NCBI GenBank assembly: GCA_012295275.1
Contig: CM022678.1
Coordinates: forward strand, 4,464,001-4,528,000
DNA: 64,000 bases
Direction of reading: 5' to 3'
DNA from: Chrysomallon squamiferum
Taxonomy: Eukaryota; Animalia; Mollusca
In this document: piece after piece, positions 14,558 through 27,900 of the stretch
Layout of the letters: each line of letters begins with the position of its first letter
Position numbering within the stretch: position 1 is the first letter of the stretch
Translations under genes and position numbers: made by a program
The notes under the pieces: generated by a model
What the model saw: the letters and a program-made list of their open reading frames with translations, nothing else
Database searches by the model: none
What the model was told of the DNA's origin: nothing

Positions 14558-16400
14558 ATTAATTTTAATTCTGAATGAATACATATTTATTTAAATTATC
14601 CTACTCACTGGGTTATTTAGGACATTTTTAATCTGTTGTCGAGCTTGAGCAATTTCCATAGCAAGAGAACTTGTTCCTGCCTGGCCCTAAAAAACATAAG
14701 TGACCTCAGTTTAGAACTGTGAAAACACTCGTTTGTTTTTATTATAACCTAAATTCATTTTGAACTATAAAATTTAAGTCACCTTAGTTTAGAATTGTAA
14801 GAAGAATTAAAAAAAATAAATAAAAAAACTGCCTGATGTCTTTTTATTACAATCTAATCTTTAAAATATAAATTCATTTTGAACTACAAAATATAAGTGA
14901 ACTCAGTTTAAAACAAGTCCTCGTTTGTTTTTTATTGTAATTAAATCTTCCTAAATATAAATTAATTATTAATTACAAAACACAAATGAACTCAGTTTAG
15001 AACTAAATTTTAAAAAAACTGGCTTATTTGTTCTACTGTAATTCAATCTGCTAAATATAAATTAATTTTGAACCATAAAACAAAAGCGACCTTTATTCAA
15101 AACTGTAAAAACAGTATTATTTGTTTTTATTATAATCCAATTTTCTAAACATTAATACTGATTTTAAGCAACAAAATATAAGAGAATTCAGTTTATAACT
15201 TTAAATGAACTGCCTCATTTGTTTCTGTTATAATCTAATTATTTTAGAAATGTGCAGTATACTAATATATTCCATATGAATGGAAAGATTTCTGAATATA
15301 AATTACTTTAAAATTCCTAAAATTTTTCTTTCTTTTATTTTAAAAAGAAAAGGATAAAAAATCTTTAAAAAATTACTGAATAGTTGGGGTTTTTTTTTAA
15401 TTGTTGGATCAAGTTTATATATCAAGAATTTTAGAATTAAGTAGTTCAGAATTAATAAAACATATTAATTCAATTTGTACCGTCAACAGTTATAATATGC
15501 AAAAAATATTGATATACATAAGCAATTTGTTTGAGGTGGGGAATTACAAAACAAATTATTAAAATAAACATTAAAAAAATTAAGAATTATAAAAGAAAAA
15601 GTAGAAAAAGACAGTGAGACCTACAAGTTTCATTTAATGCATTTTTTCAAACAATTACAAAATGTATTCAAGTTTCACTGACACTACAAGACAAATGTTG
15701 TAACTTAAAACAAGATGAAAATATTATAAATATGTTTCATAAAATCACTTTATATGGATATTTTAATAGAAAAACAAGGTTAATCATAAATACATATTCA
15801 CCTGGATAACAAACAGATTTTAACAGAAAAACAAGGTAAGTTCCTGAAGTCTAATTCTTAAACAATTAGAACAGATTTGTGTGATCTTTGCAGTTTTGGG
15901 ATTAAAACTACAAAGCAGTCTTCATTATATTTGATAATCTTTCTTTCTTTTTTTCATTGCTAGTCAAAAGAAAATTTTAAGAATAAATAAATAAATAAAT
16001 TATAGAATAATAGCTCGTTAGATTAACCAGATTTTCACTATCAGGTAGGCAATGCATCTCTTTCAATTACTGATTTGTTTTTTTTTTAAATTAAAAGGAG
16101 ACAATTCACATGCACATTGCTATTGAAATTATTGCAAAATTCTGGCCAATTAGAGGTTGGTCAACTTTGCAAATTAATGACTACATTTATATTTGTGTAC
16201 CAAGGATCAGACAAATGATGTTTTTGTTGAGATCTACATCTAAGTTCAAGTTTACTGAGTTTCAAGTAGAATGTAAATATGCATCCATGATATACCTTGG
16301 CCTTTGATGTTCCAGCCACCATTCTTTGATACTGAGATTCAGCATCTTCGTATTTCAGCTGACTTAGCCAAACAGAATCTTGGAGTAAAGGGCAGGCCAT
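8565..16400 (-). CDS. EEF1D: Elongation factor 1-delta, ~258 aa, 8 coding exons: 16400-16296, 14686-14609, 11729-11651, 10870-10701, 10171-10108, 9590-9465, 9070-9003, 8651-8565
   Basis: All introns are GT-AG with consistent phases. The GEF domain reads [17 protein letters not shown]...[37 protein letters not shown]...[10 protein letters not shown]. An acidic [10 protein letters not shown] stretch and the delta-type N-terminus ([14 protein letters not shown], leucine zipper [14 protein letters not shown]) are present. Confidence 0.95.
11535..11621 (+). mobile_element. Probable 3' end of an RTE-type LINE inside an EEF1D intron
   Basis: CAGGGCAGAATGGAGG...ATCTGTGGT...GGTTAAGGGATATG followed by a (TGAAG)n tail resembles RTE 3' termini, from memory. 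Confidence 0.35.
14688..15240. repeat. Imperfect ~80-120-bp tandem repeat, about 6 units
   Basis: Recurrent AAAA(C/T)ATAAGTGA(C/A)CTCAGTTTAGAAC...TTTGTTTTTTATTATAATC...AAATTCATTTTGAAC units abut the EEF1D exon at 14686. Confidence 0.75.
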
Positions 16401-17020
16401 TCTGTAATTATAGAAATTCTGTTAATTTTATTTATTTATTGTATGTGTGTATGTGTGTGATTATTATTATTATTTTTTTTTTTTTTTTTTTTTATAAGTT
16501 CTAATTCACTATAGATTTTGTTAGTTGTGGTTTTACTGTGTGTGCGTGTGTTGTGTGCGTACGTGTGTTTTCTGTGCATGTGTTTCTTAGTCTGTGACAC
16601 AGCCTCAGACCTTTAATAAGGGAAACTTACGTCATACATTGTGGTTATTGAATATTTAACACGAACCATCGATTGGAAACCGAAAGTGTAAACAAGATTA
16701 GCAAAAACGGAATGCGAAAATCATTCGGTAATAACATCTATGTTGAAGACTTCAATGAAGTTAAAAAGTAAATAATAAATTAATAATTCTTATATTTTCC
16801 AGACTCAGTTACAGACGTGGTCACTTCGTCTTTTCAGACTTTTGGTATCATTCATTCACTCATCTGCACTGTACCTGGTGACTGGTCACGATAATACCTC
16901 GATCAAGAATGGTATTTGATTTTATTTTATTTTTCAGTAAATAGTTAAGTTTTTTTTTTTTTTTAAATTCCATTTTACTTAACATATTATTATCATTTGT
17001 TCATAAGTGTAAAGAAATAC

Positions 17021-17090
17021 CTTGGTGTCAGTTTGGCACGAACTTTCGCTGAACAGCAAAATGTCAGAAAGGAAAGAACACGTGAAGGAA
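17021..17090 (-). promoter_or_regulatory. EEF1D TCT/5'TOP start site and non-coding first exon (~17076-17021)
   Basis: The minus strand reads TT-C(+1)TTTCCTTTCT...ACCAAG|GTATTT. A CACGTG E-box lies at 17079-17084 next to a GGAAG. EEF1 genes are known TOP mRNAs. Confidence 0.7.
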
Positions 17091-17266
17091 GTCTCGGAAC
17101 AATTGATAATTTAGATTTTTATATTAATTTAATTTTTATATTTAAGAGTTTTTAAAAGATATATTTATATATAATAGATTTATTTAGATTTTAATAATCA
17201 TTTTATATATATATACTACATTAATGATTTTCTTTTACTGCGTATTTCTAGTCCTAACGTGGTAAA

Positions 17267-18910
17267 ATGGCGGCGGATAAAGATAAAAGTTTGAGTACGC
17301 TACCAATATCTCGAGTGAAAACGATTATGAAAAGTTCCCCTGATGTGTCAAGCATAAGCCAGGAAGCCTTGCATTTGACAGGGAGAGCGACGGTAAACTA
17401 AATAAGATTTTATATTCTATCATTTCAATGTTTGATATTTAAAACTTTTAGTCATCATTTCATGGCGCCACTAAATTTAGAACATTGACCTTTGAACCTT
17501 AGCCGTTAGTCGTTACCTATATTTCATTCACAAAATATTTACTTGACAACGGAAAGTTAGCTTTAAGTAAAGGTTTCCTTAGAGCTCTCATCAACATGCA
17601 GATAATTAATAAAGTACCAACTGAAGTTTTAACTGGTCACTGAACTTAATTAACATTATAATATTAATACTAATAGTAATAGGCAGACGTCTAGACGCCA
17701 TTTTTAATTATTTTACCGCCATTTGTAACAATGTTACAATTGCAACGCTGATGAAGTCAGTCCTAACAATTAGTAAGCATGGCACAGTATTAACAGTATG
17801 ATAACCGTAATGTTATCAAATTAGTGAAGTCAACATTTAAAAAAATGTATTATTTTGCTATAAAATTACTGTCTTTGATACTGATAGAATGGATGTGAAA
17901 GAAAATGGTAAGTTCCTATCTGAATAAAATTTGCTTCTGTTTTTCCTTCAGAATCAATGGAGAAACTTCAGTCACTAAGCAATATAAACACTGAATATCT
18001 CTTACATTTGAATATTATTATAGTATATGCATGTATTATTGTATTGTATGTATCAAAACGTAGGTTTTGATTAGTTCTAAAGCTGCAGAATATTTAAGCA
18101 TGTTATTAACTCATGACTCTTAATTAATAACCTCATTTTTTATAATTTAGTTTTTTGTGTTTCAGGAGTTGTTTATTCAAGAGCTAGCTAAGTTTTCACT
18201 AGAGAAAAGTCATGATGGCAAATCAGTCAGTTACTCAGAATTAGCAGATATTGTTAATTCTGAAGAAACTTTACAGTTTTTACAAGGTATTGTAAAAATT
18301 AATACCTAACATTAATGATATATAATTTCAATAAGTCCTGTTAATTTTTTATTTTGTTATTGTTATTGTTATTTTTATTTTTATTTTTATTTTTATTTTT
18401 ATTTTTATTTTTATTTTTATTTTTATTTTTATTTTTATTTTTATTTTTTCATATTTTAATCTTTTAACTATTATCTTCAAGCATTACCAAAGCAAATTTT
18501 TGCTCAGTACAGTACACTCACACTCACTCTGTCTGTCTGTTTGCCTGCCCAACCTACTTTTCTTTCTGTCTCTGAGTATGTAAATGTTAACCAGTTCTCT
18601 GACCTTCGTATGCCACAAAAAAATCAACCCAAAAACAAAAACAAAAATTCCTTTTTACGTTAAAACAATATCATTCCTAATGTCACTACCAACATTGTTA
18701 AAATTTTTACAATTGACAGTTTACTGTTACTATAATTTTTATAACCGTTTTATTTATTTTTAATTGTGTTTTTTTTTTTATAAGAATTTTGTTTTATGAG
18801 GGGTTTTTTTTTTTTGGTTTTTTTTTTTTAAAGATATTATTCCACAGAAGATTAAAGTTTCGGATTATTACAAGATGCAACAAGAACTGGAAGTGGAAAG
18901 CCAGACCTGA
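17267..18910 (+). CDS. CHRAC1: Chromatin accessibility complex protein 1 (histone fold, CHRAC15), 107 aa; exons 17267-17392, 18166-18286, 18834-18910
   Basis: The spliced product is MAADKDKSLSTLPISRVKTIMKSSPDVSSISQEALHLTGRATELFIQELAK...YSELADIVNSEETLQFLQDIIPQKI. IMKSSP and LQFL.DI.P.KI are CHRAC1 signatures, and the introns are GT-AG. Confidence 0.92.
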
Positions 18911-21900
18911 TAGGAAAGGTGCACAAAGGAAGGTTTGATGATCGTAATGTGGACTCCTGCTTCAACTAGTCAGCATGGAATTAAAAAAACAGGCAGGGTT
19001 TGTGAAACGAAGTGCAGCCTCATCTCTTAGATTTTTAATCTGGGTGCAAATTGTACAAAATGAAAAGAATTTCTCAGTATTTGCACTGGTATATATAAAT
19101 ATTGTTTACAACACACACAAAAAAAACACAGCAATAAACCAAATATTTATTTTTTATTTATTTATTTTTTTTATATATAAGTCAGTCATAATATTAATTT
19201 CGTAGTTGGTTCTTAATTACAAAAGTTGTATTGTTTCTGTACAGCAGCTATAATACACTTTTCCTTTTTCCTTTTTTTTTAACCCTAATTTTAAGCTAGA
19301 TACAACAAATAAAAAAAATATGTATCAGAGACATGCAATAAAAGTTGTCATAAAAATTAATTTGCTTTAAAAGAATTAAAACAAGCACTGTATGAAAATG
19401 GAGTGGTTCCATCATACCCAGTGTGCAAAACTTTTTTTTTTTTTTTTAACTTGTTTTAAGAAGAAGAATCTACTGAAATCTGAATGACTGACATGGCACA
19501 CACTATGGTGTATCATTCTTTTTTTATAAAATAAAAGTGTGAGTTAAACAAACATGATCAAGGGTGACACAAAACAACTTTGTCATTCTTTGTAAGAAAA
19601 CTGCCAATTTTCCAAGTCTGCTTTTCACCAAATGGAGCACTTTTTCTCCGTCATTTGTACCATTTTCTTTGCCAGTCGGAGAAAATAGATTTGTTAGCAT
19701 AATGTTTGTAGTGATTTACAAGATAACCAAAATTGGAATGAGGCAAATGTAAAGCTGATCTCGACAGCTGAATCTGCCTGTTCATTGGCTATAGGTTAAA
19801 AAGACACTTTCAGTGTCACCACTCCAGTTATTAAATCGTACAGATTATTTTAGTCAGATTAAATCAGAAACTGTTATCACTTTCCCTTGTCTGGTGTTTA
19901 TTCAGGCAGTGGCAGTTGATGTTCAACTGTTCATTGATCTCATTGGTGGGATTTCTTTAATAGTTAACAGAGGCCAGACCTTTTTTTTAATTTTTTAATT
20001 TAATTTAATTTAATTTTTTCATCAGTCCCGGCATTAACTGTTTTTACTTAACACTGGCAGTGTGTTGCAAATATCTCAACAATATCTTTTTTTCTTTTTT
20101 TTTTTAATGTTTTTATGAATAATTATATTTAATTTTCTTGTTATTCATAATATTTAAATATATATTTAACTATTCAGATTGGTGTTGACAAGACACACAG
20201 AACTATTTACAGTAGTTCCTAACATTTTGTTGACAATTTGTTCAAGTTCACCAGACATCAGCTTGTAATAAATCCATAATAAATTTGTCATTTAAAAATT
20301 GATTAATTACACAACTTTCAACCATTGTGAAAAAATGAGTCATATTTATTATAAACTGTAAAACATTTAAAAAAAAAAATGGAAGCTGAAAATGGATAAA
20401 ATAAATAATTTTATTGTCACAAATAATTATCACTTACTTGTTTGATATGGTTTGTCTGCCAATAGTTGATGATGGTGAACCCAACAAAAGGCTGTTTTGT
20501 TGGTTTCTCTGAGATGTGCTTTTATATTATTCAGACTTGTTTTTTACAGAACAAAGTTGTCACAAAGTGAATTCTGTTAAAAGAAATGTATGTAATATAA
20601 TCTCTTGTTTCTTACTATTAACTAAATCAGTTTTAAATTCATATCAGTCAGCTGGGCATTTCTTGCTGGATTTATAAATTCTCAATCACAATTGTTATAC
20701 ATTTATCTTGAATCACTTGGGCTGATTTTATGATAATTACCAACGCAAAAGTTTTTTGTAGTCCTTTTTTTTATTATTTTATTTTATTTTTATTATTATT
20801 ATTATTATTTTTTTTTTTTTTTTTATTACTGTATAACAAAATAATAAAACAAACATACTACTTTATCCTTTCTCAAAGATAAATCAAACATCTTTTACAC
20901 TGACAAAGTAATAACCATGAAAACTTTCTTTACGTCTTGGATCAACTTTAGTTATTCCTTTTGTTATTATCGACTACTGTCATGGCTCTTGCTACCACAC
21001 TGTCTCCATCTCAGAATATGATAATGTGTAATGTTTCAGAGATGTGCTGTGGTACTTCCAGAGGAATTGTTTAACTACTACTTCCAAGTCTTTGGTCTGC
21101 TGTTTGGGTGTGTCATTTATCAAGCAGATACTTTTGCTGATGACTCAGATTACACTGCATAATGATGGCACCAAAATATCTTAACATTTCCTGCTGTCAA
21201 ATGCTTGACAAAATAATGCCAAAGTTTCGAAACTGTCTCCTATGATGACCTCCATATGATTATCAGAGCTAACCACCGGGTTGTGCAACTCTTTGTTTGT
21301 CACTTTTCTTCGCAGACCCTGTCTTTTCCATTTGTAAAACCAAGCCAATTGGCTTTCCCTGTCTGAGCAAACCTCCTTGTAATGATCATTTTGTTCCAGT
21401 GAGATAGGACCTTACCTGGATATCTTTTTCATATGTGTCCCTGTAACGAAAAAACACACCACCATTTTGAGATTTCTGCACACACCAGTGGCAGTAAAAA
21501 AACACTTGTTAAAATATATAGTTGCCGTCAACAAGTGGCCAAAAATTACCTTGATCTGGAGGGGACCCCTTTGGGCTCAGATTACGATGTGGATTTCTGT
21601 CTCTTTAAAGAACGTGAAAAAAAAAAATGATGCAAATACTGCCTTTCTCTCATTTGATATATATAATTTGTGTTGCTGCAAGTTGCATTACATAGCGTCT
21701 CATTAATTTAGAGGTAGCTGTTTGTTTTCCATACCCTTTACCACCTGTTAGAACATCTTCCTATCAAGCTTCTCTTGAAACCTTCCTAAAAATTTACACC
21801 CATCCTTTTTAAGATACAGCTGATGTATTATTCCTTTTCAAGTTTGCTGTCATCACTATGTACATGTAGTGATGATCAATGCAAAAATGTTTTAGCATTG

Positions 21901-23174
21901 CCATCCAACTGAATTATCACATCTAAAGCTGTGCTTGAGTACCATTATAATTTGTCTCACATATGTGATTTGCCTTGCAGTTCACATAGCCCTGGCTTCT
22001 TTTGTGGCATAGCCTGTTGACTATTTGTATACGCTATCACTGTCAACAAACACAAAATGTCCTTTATTAATAATTGGTCAGAATCATATGTCGTTTAGTC
22101 TTGATAATAATGATTGGAAGCATTGTAAAATGTGACCCTTCACCATGAAATGAGTCTTGTTTCACCAAGAACATATTTTGGGGTTTTAATCTTTTTTAAA
22201 CGTACCTTTCATGCTTTTTTTTGTTGGTGAAAACCATTTTAAAATAAGTAAAAATGCAACTTTTTAGTACATCTACAAACAAATGGACAAACAACTAAAA
22301 AGGACCAACAAGATCACTGTTACTAATTATAGAAATTTTCCTAGCCAGTTAAAGAATAGTGCCACACCATGCTGCACCCACTGGTACCAATTAAAAACAT
22401 TCCTTGCCTTTCAATTTCTTTTTTTGAAAATTGTTATAATTAAATTTCTCTGATAAAACCTTGAGTAACAAAGATACGCTATTTCCTTTATGTTAGAACA
22501 AAGACAAACTATTTTATTTTGAGGATAACATGTATGTACGTATGTATGGATCATGACAATAGGTGACCAGTTTAAAAACACAATGGTTTTTAATATTTAA
22601 TTACTGTTCAATGCTTTCATATAATACACTGAAATAGACTGACACATTCTCATAATATTAATTCTCACCCCAAGAAATAATAATAATTAAAAATTAATCC
22701 AATCATAGTCTGTTATTATGCAAGCATTAATAAGTTGGTTTTTACAGCAAGTAATTTGTTCATAATTTGATAGAAATAATAATTATTATACTCCCTCTTT
22801 GAAAGTTTGAATTATCAAGAGAGACAAAGATCAATTAGTAATAATGGAATGGTATTTATATACATACAGTATATAGAATTCTCACATATGATAAACTATT
22901 ACAATTGTGACATGCGAACATCCAAAGGTGTAATTTGTAAATAATATTTTTACCAACAGTTTCAAGTTAGTGTTAATGAAGCAGCAATAAAATAAAACAT
23001 TCTATGGGCAGACAAGATCCCGCACTTCTTGTCTAACAAAAAATCAAACACTGTGGCAAAAAAAGAAAGAAGTCAAATCCAGCTGTTATTTTAATCATTT
23101 TTGAAAACATTAAAATGACCACAAACTGAGCATAGTCGCTTTATCTGTAAATATTACAAACTGTGCATTCTTAC

Positions 23175-23642
23175 CTTTGTTGTATTCTGCCATATTCATT
23201 CTCTGTTCCAGCACTTCATCTCGGGGGAGGGAGGGAGGGGGGAACTGAGAAATGCATTCACTTCTTACACATTGTCCTTCTCAGGTGGTTTTAATTTTAC
23301 AATTACAGTCAACTTTAGCATTCTCTTTATCAGCAATCACATCACACGATCAATTAATTTCTATTTCAAGCGTTGACCTCTGTTCTGTGTCAGTCAGAAG
23401 TCCATCACTACTTTCATCTTCAGAAACCCTCGAGCCACACATAAAAGATTTAGTGTCGTCGGCTGAATGTTCATCGTTTTCCGTAATGTCACCAGTGTCA
23501 TTTATTGGTTCAATAATCAAAGAATCAGTAAAACAATCCAGTTCAGATGTTTTCATGAACCACCATTGTAAAAAATATTTGCTCCACATGCAGAATTTAA
23601 AGCCTTAGTTAAAATTTCAGCATGCATATGGTTAAATGCCAT
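23175..23642 (-). pseudogene. Frameshifted coding-like segment of unknown origin
   Basis: An ATG at 23642 leads into an acidic Ser/Asp-rich frame broken by a frameshift and stops. The segment ends at a strong donor AAAG|GTAAG near 23175. Confidence 0.3.
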
Positions 23643-24394
23643 CTTGGAAATTACCTCGCTTGCATTGGAAAATTACGTCACACGATATTCTTGACCAGTG
23701 AGTGAAGGGGAATTCCGTCCTAGTAGCCCTTTGTTTACTGTTCTGTTCTTATTTTGTTCTCGTTCGTTGATCTTCTATTTTAAACTCGGCCAGTCAAACT
23801 CTACATATTTCCACTGATATCAGAAACAACGGGTTCACTTTCTATTTTCGGGATGAAAACATCTGCTGAATATCGAATTTTTGATCCAGTTTTAATTAAC
23901 AAAAAAATAAAGGATTATCTCATTTAAGTGCATTTTTGAAGATTAATATAAAAAAAAAAAATGTTTTAGTATTAACTCAATATGTACATAAATGGATAAA
24001 CTATCAGTTTAAATTAAAATCTCAAAATTGACAACCTACTCCCCCTTGAGCTTCTTTTGGTCGTTACACACAATTAGGCAAGATGACATCTGACTCATTT
24101 CATGGTAGCGAGTCACAAATTACCTTTATTAATAATCAGTCAGAATCATATATGTCTTTTAGTCTTGATAACACTCATCATAAACATTAGTCTTGATAAT
24201 AATGATTGGAATCATTGAATAAAATAGGCTCAGTAATAGTAACATTAACACATCCAACACAGTATCAACTCAGGATTTCATAGTCTCTGTCATCTCTTGC
24301 TCTTTGGTCACCTCTCCAATAAATGAAGAAAAAAAAGTCATTCTTGTACTAGACTGCAACTCCTTTTTCATGAAAGACATCCATCCAGATAATG

Positions 24395-26875
24395 TTTCAC
24401 ACCAGACTCCGAAGACTCCAGAATTCGCACACACTTATCTTCCAGTGTTGTTTGGCCTGTGTGTCACTGCAACACCATCTCGACTATAAACTCTGCCATG
24501 CTCTTGATAGAATAACTGCTGATGCTTATAGAGGCATTGTTGCTCTTGATTACAATGTAGAGTTTGATACGTTGTCTTCATCAACATCATTGTCGGAGAC
24601 ACTTACATAACAGGGCTGTGGTGGCTTATCACACACTGATGACTCCAAAATTCTCTCGCATTGATCTTCTAGTGTTGTGTGGCCCATTTGTTCATGGTAC
24701 AGACACTGCAACACCATGTCAACAGTAAAGTTACATAACACAGCTGTGGTGGCTCGCCAGACATTTGAAAACCCCAGAATATTCACACACTGCTGTTTTA
24801 GTGTTGTATGGCCCATTTGTCCATTATCGTGTGTCACATACATATGGTGTTGCAAAGAAAAGGCTTATATTTTATTTATTTATTTATTTATTATATTATA
24901 TTTTGTGTATCAAAAAAAATAAAGTATCAAACTTGAGATTTTTGCTACATAAACCCTGCAACAAAACACATGCTACTTTGGAAATTTATTTACAGATGTA
25001 ATGATGTCAATATAATGTTGATTATGGCTGCAGAATGGTGTGAATGACGTGGTGGACAAGACATTTCCTTACGGTTCATGTAAAATTCTGATCTGCTGAC
25101 TTGTATAATTCCGCTGCAAGGAATCTCATGAACTCTTCTGTCTTATTCATAGCAGTGTTTTCTCTTAGACACTAGCTCCTGAAGACTACAAATCTTTCAC
25201 CTGTATAGAAACTGTAAAAAGAAATAATTGCCAACATAACAGCCAAGAAGTAATTTCATCCATTTGCACTTTTTTATCATTTTGTGAAAAAACACAAGTG
25301 AAAATTTAGATTCCTCTAACTTTTTATTATTTCTGTAATTCTTTGTTTTCCGTAATTCAATGTTTTCTCTGTAATTCACATGCAAGTAGTTCATTTTGAA
25401 AAAAATAATAATATATATATCTAAAACATTTAAATAACAGAAACATTTCTCTTTGAATTTAAAGCTCTTTGTAACTTGTTTGCTGATGGGACATTGTAAT
25501 TTTAAAATGTAGAAGGGACATTTTAACATTTTCTAAGTATGGGACAAAAGGAATAATTTCTTGTTTTAACAACATTCAGCTGAATGTCAGTTTCTTGAAT
25601 TTTCCTCAGTTCACTCTTGAGTAAAAGAAGAACAATTACAGTGAGCCCTATTTAGTTTCATTCGTATCTGAGTTGTCAAGACAACCAAAACTATCTACCA
25701 TGTCTTCTTGTCATGTTGTCTTCTGTATGCATAACACAGGTGTGGTCACCTGTCATAAAGTTTGAAAACCTTTATTTATCTCTCTTGCTTTTTATTTTTA
25801 TTTTTTATTTTTTATTTTTTTATTTTTTTGTTGTTTTAATTAACAGTGCTCTTCCTTTTGAATCTTGGTTTATGCTTGACTCCCTGGCAGTAGACTGCAA
25901 AACTCCTTCATGATGGAAGATGGGGGACAGACAGTGTTTCACATCAGTATTTTTCAGCAGCAAACTTCTCGCATTTGTCTTCACCTACAACAGACTCTGA
26001 AGACACCAGAATTCGCACACACTTATCTTCCAGTGTTGTATGGCCTGTGTGTCACTGCAACACCATCTCAACAATAAATTCATCCATGCACTTGATAGAA
26101 TAACTCGCAGATGCTTATAGAGGCATTGTTGCTCTTGATTACAATAAAGAGTTTGATAGGTTGTCTTCATCAACGTCATTGTTGGAGACACTTACATAAC
26201 AGGGCTGTGGTGGCTTATCACACACTGATGACTCCAAAATTCTCTCGCATTGATCTTCTAGTGTTGTGTGGCCCATTTTCATGGTACAGACACTGCAACA
26301 CCATGTCAACAATAAATTCATCCACTTGTATAACAGGGCCTTGGTGGCTCGTCAAGACACTGATGACTCCAAGTATTTTATTCATTGGTCTTCAAGTGTT
26401 GTATGTCCCATTTGTTCATGGTACAGACACTGCAACCCCATGTGAACAATAAATTCATCCATGCACTTGGTACAATAATTTACAGATGCTTATAGAGGCC
26501 TTTGTTGCTCTTGATTACAATATAGAGTTTTATAGGTTGTCTTCATCAACATCATTGTTGGAGACACTTGTATAACAGGGCCTTGGTTGCTTGTCAGACA
26601 CTGATGACTCCAAGTATTTTATGCATTGGTCTTCAAGGGTTGTGTGGCCCATTTGTTCATGGTACAGACACTGCAACACCATGTCAACAATAAAGTCTGC
26701 CATGCACATGTTAGAATAACTGCTGATGCTTATAAAGGCATCATTGCTGTCAATTACAGTATAGAGTTTGACAGGTTGTTGTTTACTGGAGACACTTGCA
26801 TAACACGGCTGTGATGACTCGTCAGACTCCAAATATTTTATGCACTGGTCTTCAAGTGTTGTATGACCCATTTGT
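24395..26875. repeat. ~240-bp tandem repeat in two blocks (24395-24850 and 25995-26875)
   Basis: The anchor CACTGCAACACCAT recurs at ~24465, 24705, 26053, 26291, 26428 (variant) and 26669. Spacings are ~240 bp, with one 137-bp deleted unit. Confidence 0.9.
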
Positions 26876-26949
26876 TTTTCTTGCCAAGTCAAAAGAAAGA
26901 CATACTGGCTGATAAAAGTCAGTATAGGGTACACTAGGCTTAACATGTG

Positions 26950-27900
26950 GCAAATCCAAAGCAATCTTTGGCAGCTTTGTTTGTTACTCCTTAAGCCAGC
27001 ATGGCTGGGTAACAATCATCTTGTGTTATATGTACAGGGTGTCACAAAGAAAAGCTTCATACAGTAAACCTGGCAAAAGAGACTAGCTCAATGTTACAGG
27101 TACTCATAAGAAGGGTGAGCTATACAGTTTTCAACCAACCATGCATATTTTTTCACTTTTACAATCCCATCTTCCTGTCCAGTTTTACTCCTCCATGCAT
27201 AAAACAGCATTGACATCATCATAGCTTTTTTTAAATTATTATTATTTGCCGAATATTCAACTGGTAATCGATGTAAGTTCTTGAATGCTCTTGACATACA
27301 TAGGTAACTATCAGACTCATCCATATTTGCACTAACATTCTTGTTTTAATTTCCTTTTCTCCATGGTAGGATGTACACTTGAAACCTACCACATTCTCTG
27401 GTAGAAGCAGCCAAAATAGTCTGCTTTCATCGGAGATATATATATATATATATAAACATGTCCTGTAGTCGGGGATGCTCATCCTTTTGGATGGCCTCAA
27501 TTGCTTTATATTTCTTTCTTAAAATATGTAATGTTGTGCAGGGAATCTTGAATCTCTCCGCCATCAGACCCTTTTTCTGGATGGGATCTGCATCACAGTA
27601 CTTAATTATTTCATACTTCTTCTTGTAAGTCTTGGTTATTAGCTGTCTCTTACTGCAAGTCGCCATTTTGTACACACAGAAAAAAAACCACTATCCAAAA
27701 TAATATGTTAATTCAATGCACTCGTACACGAGGCAGGTCACGTGTGTATCAGTATCCCCATGCACACTGCCTGTCTGTCTACTACCTTCAGGTAGTGGGT
27801 AAATTATGCTAGATTGTTTCAACGAAACACTTTGATTTTTTCCTGGAAATCATGTCTCTGTATGTACATGACATTAGTTGCAGAGGGATTTCCCACTGAC
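26950..27900 (-). mobile_element. Decayed, internally deleted Tigger/pogo (CENP-B-like DDE) transposon
   Basis: The N-terminal HTH reads KRQLITKTYKKKYEIIKY...MAERFKIPCTTL. DDE-region motifs follow: MDES, RAFKNLHRLPVEYSAN..KKAMM..MLFYAW, LVENCIAHP and a C-terminal VTNKAAKDCF. There are several frameshifts, and a TIR-like end near 27898 is tentative. Confidence 0.8.

Noticed and set aside
16626-16700. Minus-strand ATGTATGAC|GTAAGT as an alternative EEF1D coding first exon
   Set aside because: It would be out of frame with the exon starting at 16401. It could be an alternative UTR exon, but nothing else supports it.
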